This document shows positions 13,401 to 25,670 of a DNA stretch of 64,000 nucleotides, in pieces. The notes under the pieces were generated by a model. That model did no database searches. It was not told the DNA's origin and saw only the letters and a list, made by a program, of their open reading frames with translations. The stretch spans positions 1,031,705-1,095,704 of the forward strand of contig NMRA01000076.1 of assembly GCA_002633005.1 (NCBI GenBank), read 5' to 3'. The position numbers were made by a program, and so were the translations under genes. Within the stretch, counting starts at the first letter, position 1. Each line of letters begins with the position of its first letter. This stretch comes from Phoronis australis. Taxonomy: Eukaryota; Animalia; Phoronida.

Positions 13401-16400
13401 ATTAGTAGGACTCCGACAGTAAACAATTTGTGCTTCATCTGGTCATGCAATCATTGCTTAGCTGATGTCTCAAGAAAGGGTAAGTGATATCGTAAATCTA
13501 TGACAGCCAGTCAAAAACCCAAAATCGTGCCTTAATTAGACCAGTGGGGAGATAGCGAATCATGCACAGTTCAAAAAGGGGAAGAAAACGATTCCACGCT
13601 CACACCTCTGAATTTCAGCTATGACCCCCTTTACCTTAGTCTCTGACTAATTAACACCCAGCCCATGATACAAATTCTATACTCGTGCCTCTTCACTCAT
13701 CACGCGCATTGAAAATACTCCACACTCGGTGACCAAACTCCAGACCCGGATGAGGAATTTGGTTTCAGAGTATTGAGTTTGGTCACGGGGAATGGAGAAT
13801 TTTCAGGGGTGCAGGTCAGCACTTCCACCGCACATTTGGTGTTTGCTGGTCCAAGACTGGTTTTAGAGGATTGAAGCTGTAGTCACGGCCACCCTGGATA
13901 TTTAAACAGCAACATGTCTCACCAGCTAAGTAACCAAATTCATCATTTAGAGATGAGCGACGACTGCTCTCGCGACTTTTCTCCTGCTTCCGTTGGCTGA
14001 ACAGGTGACTAAAGCGACTGCCCATTGGATGAGAGCTGTTCTCTTGAACCCCTTCAATCTGAGTACAAAATAGTAATGTTAACTAAAATATAAGGCAGGT
14101 CACTATGATTCCCAGTGACTATGTATGGGGGCAAATCATCACGGACTTGCGTGAGCAGACGGCTAAGACACGTTGTTTTCAACAGAAGCTCACACCTTCT
14201 GAATAACCTGTGTTGAAAAGCGAGAAGCAAATCAGAAGAAAATTAATTTGAAAATCATTACAGAATGAACCGGAAAATATTTCCTCTGAAACTTTGTCAT
14301 TTTTTGACAATGTGATGCTTGTCTCGGTTTCCTTTTGAAAACTGCTATAAACAAACAAGTAGGTAGCATTCAAACAACTCCTACATAAAGCACAAACTCA
14401 ACTAAAAAGAAGCGGTAATTTAGACATACTCTTCCAGTTAACCTCACTGAAGTTTAATGCCCTCAGAAGTTCCACAACAAGTGATCATCTTGTGACTAGC
14501 ACGCGACAACTAACATTAAACCATTGACTGCAGGCACGCTTTTACCTTCAAGTAGATGCCTAATGAATTTGATTATCAACTGATTATTTTTCAAAATTTT
14601 GAAATTTTCACTGCAGTTTTGACAGAAAGAGGTAACTCCACGAAATGCGATTTCATAATAACTGCATCTCCTTTGAACTCGCACAGTTTGAATTTGCAAA
14701 AGTAAGATGGCGGTGGCAAAAGATACCAATTGCGAAAACTTTCCTCAAGTTAGTATGAATGATAGCCATATCACCAAATTGTTGCTCCAAGCTACCAAGC
14801 AATAATCAAAGTTATGTGATGCACAAAGACTGTAGATTCATGCATCAAATCATAGTAAACTTACATATGACAGGCCAACTGTCACACTTACAGGCAAGCC
14901 AGGAATGTCCATCTTTTGCAAGAAGTCGTTGAAATCAAATGGCTGCAATGTAGGTGTAGTGTCAGGTGATGATCGGTGCTCATTGGCTGAGCTTTCCGGT
15001 GAGCTTGATTCATTAGTCTCCAAACTTCCATTTCTAGCCGCAACACTAATGTCCTCTGTAATGAAGCAAACCTATCATCACGTCAAATGATTCTTTTTAT
15101 GAAATGTCTCTTGCGATAAATAGCTAATTACATCAGTATAAACTATTAACATCCATCGTACCAATACAATCATAAACTGGTAACTACTGGATTAATAAAA
15201 CCGCGCTTAGTTTCAAAAGTTTAACCAAGCTAATTTTCGTAAAAACTGCGATGGAAACCTACCAAAAATAATGATAAACAATACCCTGTCCATTACAGCA
15301 AAACCTCACCAGCTTGGAGAAATTATTGCCTATTAAAAGTTACATTAATTTTCCATTTCTAAAGGCCTCCAACATTGTAATTTGAGAATGCTCACAATTT
15401 ATCAAACATTTTTTGATGGTAGCTGTAATAGAACATGAAAATGTCAAAGCATTTATCTGGAGCTAATTATCTTTTATGAAAAAAATCATTCGCCCATTAA
15501 AGTGTGCTTTAAACTGGTGAGAAACAGTTTCGTCAATTCATAAACTCTTTTGAAAACTACACTATAATGAACATTTCAATCTGTTAACACCTTCTGAGCG
15601 CACCTGCTGTTTTCCTGGACCTGTCCGTGTCCTGATCAGTCTTCTCCGGCTCCTCTTCTGGGCCATCAAAGCCATGTAGCTCTATAGTCTCCGAGATACT
15701 GATGGGACCGTGCGTGAACCACTCCGGTTCCTCCTCATTTCTCAACTGATAATGTCCCGTGTACCGCTTGTAGCCTCGCTCCCAATGGTCATCCTACCAA
15801 AGAGAACATGACGGTTGATAGATGACATTTAGAATTGACTGGAACGTGTCATAGTTGGCGATTGTCAAAAGATGTTTGGTTATAAGAGGTTTGGACTACT
15901 CGTACAATAGCAGCGAACAGTTGCAAAGGAAAACAATACTCCTTAAAGCTGCTATGTACTTTAGACTTCCAACCATCATGAGATCATCTCAACTTGTTCC
16001 TTAGTCAAATTAGAGGGATTCCTGGGCTTAAAAACACTGAAGTTCACTAAAACTTGAGACCAAGGACAATTGGGCCAGGTGTTGCTAGTGAATATTGATG
16101 TAACGTTGTGCGAAACTGCAGGGATTTCATCCATTGAAAGTATACGGAGTTGGCGGTCCATGTACTATAGTCTATGATGGAGGTGAGCTCCTGCACGTGA
16201 ACTATGATTGACTTTACAAGTGAAGCAATATTTCGCTCTTATGAATAAGCAACATCGCCTTCACAATAACATGGACATGACAGTCTGATCAACATCTGTT
16301 TCGTGAAAAGTGACTTCAGACGGAAGTCGGAAATTTGGTCCTATGCTCCACACAACTATTTCTGTGCAAAGTCTCTTACAATATACACATAACTGCTAGT

Positions 16401-19400
16401 TACTGTGATAATTTTAACTAATTAATTTTACAATATGAATCACTCATAACTACTTTTAACTAAATCTTTTTCAATAGTTGGGAAGTGGGAGCGCAAGACA
16501 AAATTTCTGTCTCAAGTCACTTTCATGAAACAGACTTACGACCTTTGATAAAACAGGCCACAGATGTTATAATAAGGAGACAGCATTGCCTGTCATTCCC
16601 TTCCCTTGTCAATCCCTCCCATCCACTCTCCCTTTCTTAGTTCTGACATCCCTAAATCAACAAGCCACACCCACTCTCTCTCTCTTAGTTCTGACATCCA
16701 TCAATCAACAAGGCACACCCACTCTCCATCTCTTAGTTCTGACATCCCTCAATCAAAAAGCCACACCCACTCTCTCTCTCTTAGTTCTGACATCCATCAA
16801 TCAACAAGGCACACCCACTCTCCATCTCTTAGTTCTGACATCCCTCAATCAAAAAGCCACACCCACTCTCTCTCTCTTAGTTCTGACATCCATCAATCAA
16901 CAAGGCACACCCACTCTCCATCTCTTAGTTCTGACATCCCTCAATCAAAAAGCCACACCCACTCTCTCTCTCTTAGTTCTGACATCCATCAATCAACAAG
17001 GCACACCCACTCTCCCTCTCTTAGTTCTGACATCCCTCAATAAACAAGCCACACCCACTCTCTCTCTCTTAGTTCTGACATCCCTCAATCAACAAACCAC
17101 ACCCACTCTACCTATTTAGTTCTGACATCCCTCAATCAGCAAGCCACACCCACTCACCCTCTCTTCATGACCACTATTATGCCTCTGCCTGTGTCGGTCA
17201 CGCTGGGCTCTGTCTCGCCAATTATCGGTTGAGTCGCGAGGACTCCTATCTTCCGTCCACCGGTCGGACTCCTGTCCTTCTAACTGTAATCGTCCACTGC
17301 CAATGCGGGTCACACCGCGACGACTGCAAGAACGGAAGATTACAACTCTTCACTCCCACTTCCAGTGACATATGACCGTAACTAAGATGGCTCAAGTCGG
17401 TCAAAAAATTACACTACTGAAGTTCTGGGAATAATCATCAAGCTATAATTTGGTTACTTATGTCAAGTTCCACCATGAGAGAGGCTAATGCAACCGTAGA
17501 AAGGAAAAAGATCAATTTGTCAGGATTCTGATTAGTACATTCATGTCAACCATCCACATCTTATTATCAACCATGTTGACGTAAAGATAGCAATAGACAC
17601 ACAGTTACATAGTGCGACAAAACTCAAATGCTTTACAACTAACATCACAATCAAAAAGAACAACTTAAAAATAATTGGACACCTGGCCTGTTTGTCAAAA
17701 ACAATTATGCCACAAGTCTCCCATTACAATGCAATTCATTTCAGCAAAATCTTTTGTTGACTGATTTACATTGGCTGGAATTTTCATGTCCAACAAGTGC
17801 GACTTAGCAAAATGCTACAGCGACAGTATCTCAAACCATCACTTTTCCTGCACTACAGGTCATCCAAGAATAGTGTACACTCACTGGTCACGCTCCCTCA
17901 GGTCACCGCCGCTCGTCTTACGTTGCAGGGTAGGATGCTGCTGCTGTTGCGTCACGTGACAGCCGGTGCCAAAACTGCGCCGCTGCGGACTCAGCACGAT
18001 AGTGTCCTGCTCATCATCCTTGACACGGTCTACATGGGGAGAAGTCATACAAGCACACACTCACTTAAAGAAATCCTGGAATTGCTTAGATACTCCAATA
18101 CATCTGTATTAGATACAACTTTCTCATCTTGATTAACAACAAACGGATGAAAACATGAATGGAAAGATAATTTCATTGCTTTCTTCTGACGATGTGAAAG
18201 GTAATTTTACTCACAAGAAAGCACATTGTCTATGTTGGATATTCTATCCTCACTATACGAGTCATGTCCACGACTGTATTTCCCTGGTCAGTTTGAACTG
18301 ACCTGGACTTAAGATGAGGTCATGCACAGCGGAGATTTGCAGACCTTGACCTCTATTCAAGCTAGGGCATCTGGCGACAATGCAATTAGGACACAGACAG
18401 GGAGAGACCAGTCCAGTGAGCTGTGAGCAGCCAACCTCTGTGTCAAAAAATTTTCCGAGCAAATGGCACAAATCTTCAGTGTGGGGGGGGGGGTTGAAAA
18501 CTACTTTAAACAGATCAGCACCAAGCAGGAAAAGATGGTTCGTTCTAAGCATGCTATGCCTAATGATAAGAAGTCATGCGTAATGTATAAATTATCATAT
18601 ATTATAAGGAAGATCCCTCACACTGCTAAACCGAGGAAACCAAATACTGCCACCTGGACTACGGCATACACTTAAGTTAGAGAAGTTGGCCCAGCTTGAA
18701 TAAAGATCGAAGTCTGCACCTTCCTACTATATACGACCACAACTAACATCTTGCTCAACCCAATGCAGCAAATCTAGTCTGTGAATAAGACCTTTAGAGC
18801 GAGCATGGAACGGTGCTGAATTGGGCTTAACTTCACCTGAGCAACATGCGCAAGTTTAAGTGAACGTGTGGACAGATGTTCAACTACTGCAATTTGATGC
18901 CAGTGTGACAACTTTCCCCACCTCTTTGAAGTAGTGCAATTTTCACCCAATCAACTTGCCCACGTGAAGTGCCTGTGTGGACAGAAGCCTGACACAATAC
19001 GAAAATAATTGTGTGCTAAGTGTTTGCACAGTTAATTTACAAGGAATTGTTATGTATAAAACGGAGAAGACGAGGTTTGCTTTGACAGCTGGGATTTGTG
19101 GACGTCTCACCATAAAACTTATACCAAAATGAAATTCGCCAACCAACTGCCTGAAACCTAGAAAATTTATGTAACTATAGCATTCAACTGCCACCTACCT
19201 TGCTTGATACAGCAGTTTTAAAGAAACTTAATCCATTAAGCCTCATTTATTGGCACCATGAGTGACATTTTAAGATCACTTTTTACCAGAGAAATTTAAA
19301 GCTGTACCTGACTGAATTCCATATTACTACTACTACCTTGATACCAGTTGTGCCACTGCTGTGTGAACACCCAGATGATCCGACACATATTACCCCTAGT

Positions 19401-22400
19401 GCAACTAACTAGCCCTAGTTTAAGTGCCAGTCTGGATACAGCTTAATAGTCACAAGATGAACAAGTGTTCATGTAAACACAAAATTGTCATTAATGAGTT
19501 ATAATGTATCAAAACCAGTGAAAGATGTAACGTTCCTACGATAAAGAGCATTTACTCCTCACTAGCAGTCCTCAGCATACCTATGTGATAAATATACACA
19601 TGGTAGAAGTGAATTTCCTAGAATGTACTTATTGATGTAACAAACTTTCATCTCCAAACAAACATGTCTATGACAATCACCACAATATCGAAACCGAAAT
19701 AGGACTAAACTCATATAATGAAATGGTCCTGAGATTACCTGCAAGTGACGGACGCCTGCGCTTCAAAAGATCTTTTTCAACATCTGTTGGTCGTTTGTAC
19801 GGCTTTCCATCAGACATCGGTGAACTCGACCGAGAGTTTCCGTCGCCGCGCAAGGATTTGAACCACAAGTCAGGGTCCCATAACCCCTGAGGCCTAAAAG
19901 TGAAATACAAATTTGAAACTGGAGTAAATCCAGAGACAGTTGAAAGCAACCATCCACTAAATTATATTTTTACAGAGGGTAGTTTCATCACTGACATGCA
20001 CCACTTTCCAACAAGAAATATATACTTGTCGACACCTGATGTCAATCCCTTCAAAATATGTATTTGGACATAACAAAGGAAGGCCAACCAAATGCTATCG
20101 TCTGACGGCCAGGCAACACAGGATACGAAACCAGGCCACACACATTCGCAGTACAAACCACTGCACTGAACTACCCTATCTTGTCATGGTACTGATCTTG
20201 CCTTCATAGTCCACAATAGCTGTAAATAAAATTGTCATTTCAGTGTGATTGGGAAACCCTTATTTAAGTGAAATTTTACACTGCGATCCTTTTAAAACAT
20301 GGCAAGCTTTACCACATGACACTGCCATCCTCCCTCACACTAAGGTTAAAAAGAAATGCACTAAAATCCACCAAAGACATTTTCAGATATACGGTAACAT
20401 ACTACTAAAACACAAACAATGGAAACAAAATTATTAAACAGAATATTCTACATACGAGTTGTAATCTTCCAACAGTAACGCTGGCCGCTGTTTAGCATAG
20501 ATTGAATCTCGCAGGTTCATCAATTCTTCCTAAAACAAAAACACGGGAATGGTGATGAGATCAACAACTCCAAGATACAACAAAGGAACATCCTATAATA
20601 AGACAACAGGTGACGCGGTATTCATTAAGTGCAGCTAATAAATAGTTCATTCCAGCTGGTTCCAAGCCTAAATGCTAGATGGCATGGCAGCTACCAGTTT
20701 AGGCTGGAAAACTGGACTCGATTCTGTACATTTTTTGCTTTAGAGAAAGCAACAGGCTTGCATAATTTTTTTTGAAAAGAATACCAAGCCTAGTTTTGGG
20801 TTACAAAAAGATGTTAAAAACGGCACTGCAAAACGATGTTCTGTAATCCTAGACAACCCTCAAGTTTGTAGGAAAATTTGAAAACTCCTTTCGAAATACG
20901 TTAAATGGGCAAGCATGACCTACGAAGTATGCTTTCAGCAAATTACAAGGCAGCCGTGTGGAAAGACCACCCAACAAGAACCATAAAATTCAATCTGTCA
21001 CACAGGCAGAATCAGTTTTAGTTGATTCCTGCTTTTATCTTTCAAGATCGATGCCAATGGTGCATTAGCAGGTGACAGAACAAGGATTGGTAGAAATCAT
21101 CAAAGTCGGATTTAGTATCCTTTTAACACTTAAGGTCTAAAGTTTTTGTTGCATGCAGACAAGATGAAATTCTATCCTCAATGACACCAGTTATTGAAAG
21201 TTCTACCTTACTCAAATCCATGTAGAGCACAGTTGAAAATTTGACGCCACACTAACTGGAGACTGGAAGGAAGCGTGTTAACTCATTGACTCACAACTTA
21301 TCAAAGCCTACTTCCAGCGTGTCTCTAATTGTATGTCATTAGTGAGTTAGAACAAATGATGTCACAAACTAATTAGTGAACAATGCAGCCTTTAGTTAAT
21401 GTTTCCTATTTTAGACCACCATTGTGCACAAGACATGAGCTTGTGCAATGCGACTATAAACAGTGAATATCAGTGTGTCTCACATAGAGCCCAGTTTACA
21501 TGAAGGTGTTAACACCTGAATGTATATTTATGTATGGTGCGTATTTTTACAATATCAACGCAAATACACTCGGGTGTACAGCTACACTCGGGTGTATAAT
21601 TACACCACCTGCATTCGTTTGTGTAAATGTAAATTTTCTGTCATATGTGGTTTGATATGGTCTTTTATTGAAATGCTGCTGCTGCTGTTGTTGTTGCTGC
21701 TGCTGCTGTTGTTGCTGCTGCTGCTGCTGTTGTTGCTGCTGTAGTTGTTGTTATTGCTATTGCTGTTGCTGTTCATTGTTCTATTTGAAGCTGAACACTG
21801 AATTTCCAAAAACCAGCGCTTTGTGAAAGCCACCTGGCCAAGCCATCTTGTGTTTACATCACTATTGTAACAATCAGTGACTCCAACCTGACAGGTGGCC
21901 GGATTGTATTATTAGTTTGTACTACATTAGAGAAATACTTGGCAAAATGTGTTGGCCTTTAGAACTTTTGAACAGGATCTGCCAATTTACAATTTTCAAA
22001 CCACTCCATCGATCGTTCTTAATGTATCTATACTTGCCACTTGCGAGACAGTTCAAACAGCAATCTCAAGGGGATTGATACCCAAGCATCAGAGCTTCCC
22101 TGATTCAAGGCAACTATTCCAGAAAAATCTTCTCTTTACTAGGAAACACGGCTCGTGTCGATTTTGTAGCGAAATGTATAGAGTACAGAGCGCAAATATC
22201 GCTTTTCATTTCCCCCATACGAACGCGATGTAAATTTATATTTATTTTGCAACTGTGTGTAGATTTGTGTATGTATGTATGGATGTGAAAGTGCTGCATA
22301 TAAAACGAGCTATAGATCCTCTTTCACCATGTACAAAAACGCTTGATTGACCTAGTTCTCAAAACATTAAGACACATCAAGACTGAATTGGGAAAGCAAT

Positions 22401-23531
22401 AAAGTACTTCGCGCCTCAAGTGCCGTACAGATGTACAGCATTGTCGGTAAATACTGCATTCATCAGACTGGCACTGTAGTATTTCAGGATGTGGTTGTCG
22501 AATGACTTTGAGTGATATCTTTCAATTAGCTACTTTGAAGAACAGAACCACGTTGCTTACTAGGAATCTCCAAATCAACATGCTGAGTAAAAACTCACCG
22601 AGTTTAGGACAATTTGGAACACTGAAATTCAAACCGAAATTGAATTTGCTTGATTCTAAAGATTGGGACTTGGGCAATTTCTCAAATATCACACACTGCT
22701 TTTTGTATCAACAGAGCCTGGAAATGGACTTGGCAGCAGACAATATAACAGCTGCTGACTCAACATCTCCATGTGTCCCATAATGTTTAACATTGATGTG
22801 ACTGATAGTTTGTCACCGAGCCTAATTCGTGAATTTGGGCCAGCCAATATTGCCTGTTTCTGAAACTTGGTATAAGCTCCAGCCTTGTGCAAACTAATTA
22901 ATTTTTCACTTTACTAAGCAGGAGAATTTTTAGCATAATTTTTAATTGTCCCAAACTGGAGAATTGTTTCCATTTTCCCAGCTACAAAAATGCCGAAATA
23001 GTAGTCATGTTTTAAAAGCAGACAGTATTACCGTGTCAGATTCAGTGAATGAGCTGTGACTTCATGTACAAACCACCTTCTGCCCAAACACAATGGCGCG
23101 GTTATCCACAAAGGCCACTGAAGCATGTGCGGGGAAACTGTTACAAAGTCAAATATATTGTAACACTAAATACACAATGAACTCTTCCATTCTCTTCGTC
23201 ATCACAATCTAAAGTTTGCAGGTTCAAATTTGAGTGTGTTTGTGCGGTACCGATCCAGATGAGAAAAAATTCCCAATACACGCACTTCACTCAGGTGCAC
23301 AAAATCTTCCCAATGTCCATCAGCAAAAATCCAGTAAATCTGCATCCCTATTGGTGATTTTCAGGTAACCATAGTAACCAAACAACAGCATCTGATCACA
23401 CACTCAAAAAAATGCTCCTATGTACCATGACCTACCCTAGAATACATGTGTTCTGGCATTTTAGGTGGTGGTTTTTCCTTGACACTGTCCTTAGCAGCAG
23501 CAGCAGAAGCTGCCGCCTTTTCGTCCTCCAT
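1245..23531 (-). CDS. EIF4ENIF1: eIF4E nuclear import factor 1 / 4E-transporter (4E-T), multi-exon, probably 3'-partial
   Basis: I assembled 19 GT-AG exons with consistent phases (2763 nt, 921 codons). 4E-T motifs seen: YSREELM (YxxxxLphi), GLWDPDLW, VLSPQRRSFGTGCHV, RIGSGR, EEEPEWFTHGPISISETIELHGFD (Cup-homology domain), FDFNDF, SRFSHLF, AFNKLVGMMKA, PRVPSPQEL..LEEQKE and FTPTSVIRKM. Confidence 0.93.
1991..2170 (-). CDS. EIF4ENIF1: 4E-T exon (GKSGPMKN...GRPVIK)
   Basis: ctccag| and |gtacac; phase 1 to 1. Confidence 0.82.
3410..3515 (-). CDS. EIF4ENIF1: 4E-T exon (AFTPTSVIRKM)
   Basis: ttctag| and |gtatgt; conserved TPTSVIRKM motif. Confidence 0.92.
3878..3929 (-). CDS. EIF4ENIF1: 4E-T exon (ERSPTSPAVSTSSTPIK)
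   Basis: ttccag| and |gtgggt; bridges phase 2 to 0. Confidence 0.78.
4226..4356 (-). CDS. EIF4ENIF1: 4E-T exon (PRVPSPQELAIHTQNILKNARIRKQLEEQKERY)
   Basis: cgacag| and |gtgagt; resembles a helix found in invertebrate 4E-T proteins. Confidence 0.9.
4899..5002 (-). CDS. EIF4ENIF1: 4E-T exon (MFGTQPPVHVAAPSP...NALQ)
   Basis: ttacag| and |gtaagt; phase 1 to 0. Confidence 0.85.
5525..5766. repeat. Polypurine (GGAGAG/GGGAGA)n low-complexity tract
   Basis: ~240 bp of almost pure G/A. Confidence 0.9.
6473..6686 (-). CDS. EIF4ENIF1: 4E-T Gln/Ser/Pro-rich exon
   Basis: ctgcag| and |gtaagc; open Q-rich frame. Confidence 0.82.
7574..8977 (+). mobile_element. Kolobok-type DNA transposon derivative with THAP-domain start
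   Basis: Near-identical ~158-bp TIRs (7574-7731 and 8820-8977), AGG...CCT termini and TTAA on both flanks. The ORF start MPHCCCVPGCSN at 7839 resembles a THAP finger. The interior is mostly an N gap. Confidence 0.8.
7882..8714. other. Assembly gap
   Basis: N run. Confidence 1.
11160..11237 (-). CDS. EIF4ENIF1: 4E-T exon (TSTTSRLSPSQQTAILQHLQRQKLAQ)
   Basis: ttccag| and |gtgagt; 78 nt, phase 0 to 0. Confidence 0.82.
11653..11858 (-). CDS. EIF4ENIF1: 4E-T exon (VAELEA...DMAAFNKLVGMMKATG)
   Basis: ttccag| and |gtgagt; AFNKLV motif. Confidence 0.92.
12676..12852 (-). CDS. EIF4ENIF1: 4E-T exon (EKTVAK...EVEASLKALLL)
   Basis: ttccag| and |gtaagt; phase 1 to 1. Confidence 0.85.
13234..13374 (-). 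CDS. EIF4ENIF1: 4E-T exon (DLISGNQKSP...EFMALLQQAQ)
   Basis: ctgtag| and |gtatta; phase 1 to 1. Confidence 0.85.
13923..14058 (-). CDS. EIF4ENIF1: 4E-T exon (...GSRFSHLFSQ...SRRSSL)
   Basis: actcag| and |gtgaga; SRFS..F motif. Confidence 0.9.
14892..15055 (-). CDS. EIF4ENIF1: 4E-T exon (...FDFNDFLQKMDIPGLP)
   Basis: ttacag| and |gtaagt; phase 1 to 0. Confidence 0.88.
15604..15793 (-). CDS. EIF4ENIF1: 4E-T exon with Cup-homology domain (EEEPEWFTHGPISISETIELHGFD)
   Basis: tggtag| and |gtgcgc; close match to the DDX6-binding CHD of 4E-T/Cup. Confidence 0.92.
16624..17157. repeat. 48-bp minisatellite, ~11 copies, alternating A/B variants (96-bp higher-order unit)
   Basis: TTAGTTCTGACATCC recurs at 16637, 16685, 16733, 16781 and onward. 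Confidence 0.95.
17158..17323 (-). CDS. EIF4ENIF1: 4E-T exon (RRGVTRIGSGRL...HEER)
   Basis: ttgcag| and |gtgagt; RIGSGR motif. Confidence 0.9.
17885..18029 (-). CDS. EIF4ENIF1: 4E-T exon (DRVKDDEQDTIVLSPQRRSFGTGCHV)
   Basis: atgtag| and |gtgagt; conserved LSPQRRSF motif. Confidence 0.92.
19739..19893 (-). CDS. EIF4ENIF1: 4E-T exon (PQGLWDPDLWFKSL...KRRRPSLA)
   Basis: ttttag| and |gtaatc; phase 2 to 1; WDP motif. Confidence 0.9.
20456..20529 (-). CDS. EIF4ENIF1: 4E-T exon (EELMNLRDSIYAKQRPALL...)
   Basis: ttttag| acceptor and |gtatgt donor; completes the YxxxxLphi motif. Confidence 0.9.
21673..21775. repeat. (CTG/TTG)n trinucleotide microsatellite
   Basis: Direct inspection; intronic. Confidence 0.9.
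23436..23531 (-). CDS. EIF4ENIF1: 4E-T coding exon 1 (MEDEK...HMYSR)
   Basis: Acceptor ttcag|aca precedes the ATG at 23531; donor AGG|gtagg; 32 codons. Confidence 0.85.
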
Positions 23532-24100
23532 TGTCTGAAATCAGAAATCAAGCCATCAGCTAGTGCATAGAATCTGGACGTTTCGGAAGGAAACAAAGAG
23601 TCGGTTCCTACCTCATACCGAAGTCAACTCATAACCTCAACTTGCAACAGCATCAAAATGGTGCAGTGCTGAATTTGTATGTTTAGTAAACGGTTGAGCA
23701 CTTACTTAAAAACAGTCAAGTCAGTTCCTATATTAGGATCTATGGGTAATAAGTAAAACAGTAAGGAGTACGCACTGACTTAAAGACTTTACGAATAGCT
23801 ACGCCCGTTCTCTAGTGCTCTTCATAACCTATTTCTACTCGTCACACCAACCTATGTCCGGTTCAAAAACCAATGCAACAAGTTTGACGAATTGATTCTT
23901 AAGCAAATTAGGACATTTTTATTTATGGTGTTCCTTGAATTCCCCATGCTCTAATTAATTGCACATGCCTCATTCCAAAGTGGTACTCGTGGCCTGAACC
24001 ATTCCTTACTAGCTTTGTTTACATGAACTTAGGACAGTGTTTGACATGGGATGTGTCACTGCATACATCGTGTTAGACTGTTATTCAAGTCTTATTCAGT

Positions 24101-24430
24101 ATGCCCGGAAGTTGCTGCGTAACAGGATGCTGGTACCATGAGCTCTTAACAAGTATACCAGTTCCATTTCAGCAATTTCCAGTGGATGACCCGCCAGAGT
24201 TGGTTCATCCGTGTATAGACACAGCGTTGACAGTTCACGTCACAGCCAAGGTAGCCCAAAGCTATGTGTGTGAGTGGCAAACATTCCTTGCCTTTGGATT
24301 ATGGAATCAATGGACATGAGAGCAGATAGCATGAAGGTAGCTTCTGAAGTTACATGTTCTGAAGAAGGATGCCATACCATTAGTATTTCCCATCTCTGTT
24401 CCATGCATGTGAAGTCATCGCTGTGTCCAG
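24101..24430 (+). pseudogene. Decayed THAP zinc-finger fragment, probably a transposon remnant
   Basis: MPGSCCVTGC...FQQFP.D, followed after a frameshift by W...LCSMH, matches the THAP C2CH layout. Confidence 0.6.
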
Positions 24431-25081
24431 GCCAGAAAACAGCACAGCTTCACCGCATAGATGACTCGTGGTTTCATGGTTGCTGACTCCAACCATTTCC
24501 CATCTACTACTTGTCAAACAACGGCCTTCCCCATTCCACATGAGTGAATCACTGCCACTGGTCTTCCTTCATTCCACACTTCTATGTTCTGTATCACGAA
24601 TTCTAAGTTGCTAACTCACCTTCTCAAAGAACCAATACAAACCCAAACCATAAACTATGTCTTTAATTTAGTTAAATTACAGTCTGAAATTTTTCTCTTA
24701 GCTGTTCTGATATCTTAACAATTTTTTAGGTAAACTTGAAGGAAAACTTTCAGTCAATGACTCATTGACACTGAAACTTGTCCAGGTTACACAGCCTCTG
24801 GTACGGTTAAGGGCGACGCCGGCCTTGCGTTTAGGTCCTGAAGTTTCTGTTGTGTGGGAGCGAATGGGTGACAGACAATCAATGACAATGATTCGGCCTT
24901 TCAGGCGCGAAATGCGTATTTAAAAGGAATTTTACAGGCAATTGAGTAAATTGATATACCTTTATATACCGCCTCACAAAACTTGCACAGCACTTATCAC
25001 ATCAATTTTCCCGAGTGCAGATGTAAACTGCACTGCTAAGTTGTTGCTCTCCGCGCTGAGTTCAAAACACTCGACAGTCAC

Positions 25082-25670
25082 CGATCCGAAATCCACGGAC
25101 ACAAGCTCGGACAAAAATGGCAATTTCGACAAATTCTGTTCAGCCGGTGAATACTTGAACAGAAAATGTGAAACTTGATGTCAATAGAAATTTACAGGGT
25201 AGATGAATACAAAAACTAAAGTCAATAAGACGTCCAAATAAAGATATGTTGAAAAAGCACCGAAACTGTTTAGAGCACAAACAGCAGAAAATGTCGCTCT
25301 ACGAAAATCCCCGGATGTAGCCAAGTTGTCTTTGACCTAATGAAGAACCAAAATTTGTTTACAAAATAATAAGTAATTGAGTCTTTTCTTTTCAGCATGT
25401 CTGACATTGTGAAACTTTGTGATATTTATAAGTATTATTGCGTTGAATTTAGTTCATTAGAGCTAATAATGCAATGACCACGTTTGGCGTTGGGAAGAAC
25501 TTTTCGACAAAAGATGGCAACACTTGTGCGGCGTCTCTCACTGATCAGTCGGGTATCGTGATCGACTAGACGCTGCTTCCGATGCAGATGATCTAGCGTC
25601 AGGCACCCAAAAAATTTCAGGCGTCAGGGTTAAACCGTGGCAACCGAAGTACGCTTGGGGCGGGGACAGT
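25082..25670 (-). promoter_or_regulatory. Probable 4E-T promoter and non-coding first exon
   Basis: CpG-richer zone upstream of the first coding exon. It has YY1-like AAAATGGC (~25114) and AAGATGGC (~25511), ETS-like CCGGATGT (~25311), a GC box GGGGCGGGG (~25657) and a candidate donor cg|gtgact at 25081. Confidence 0.45.

Noticed and set aside
15591-15603. Alternative donor 13 nt downstream of the CHD exon
   Set aside because: It would put the next exon out of frame; the donor at 15603 fits the phase.
16586-17119. 177-aa and 145-aa repetitive plus-strand ORFs
   Set aside because: They are translations of the 48-bp minisatellite, antisense within a 4E-T intron.
16624-17157. CRISPR-like regular repeat
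   Set aside because: There are no unique spacers and no cas genes, and the context is a eukaryotic intron.
21520-21833. Poly-Leu and poly-Ser/Asn ORFs, or a possible poly-Gln exon of 4E-T
   Set aside because: This is a microsatellite. The flanking exons already join in phase and complete the YxxxxLphi motif without it.
23366-23379. RFX X-box-like GTAACCATAGTAAC in a 4E-T intron
   Set aside because: It is a single motif inside repeat-like sequence with no independent support.
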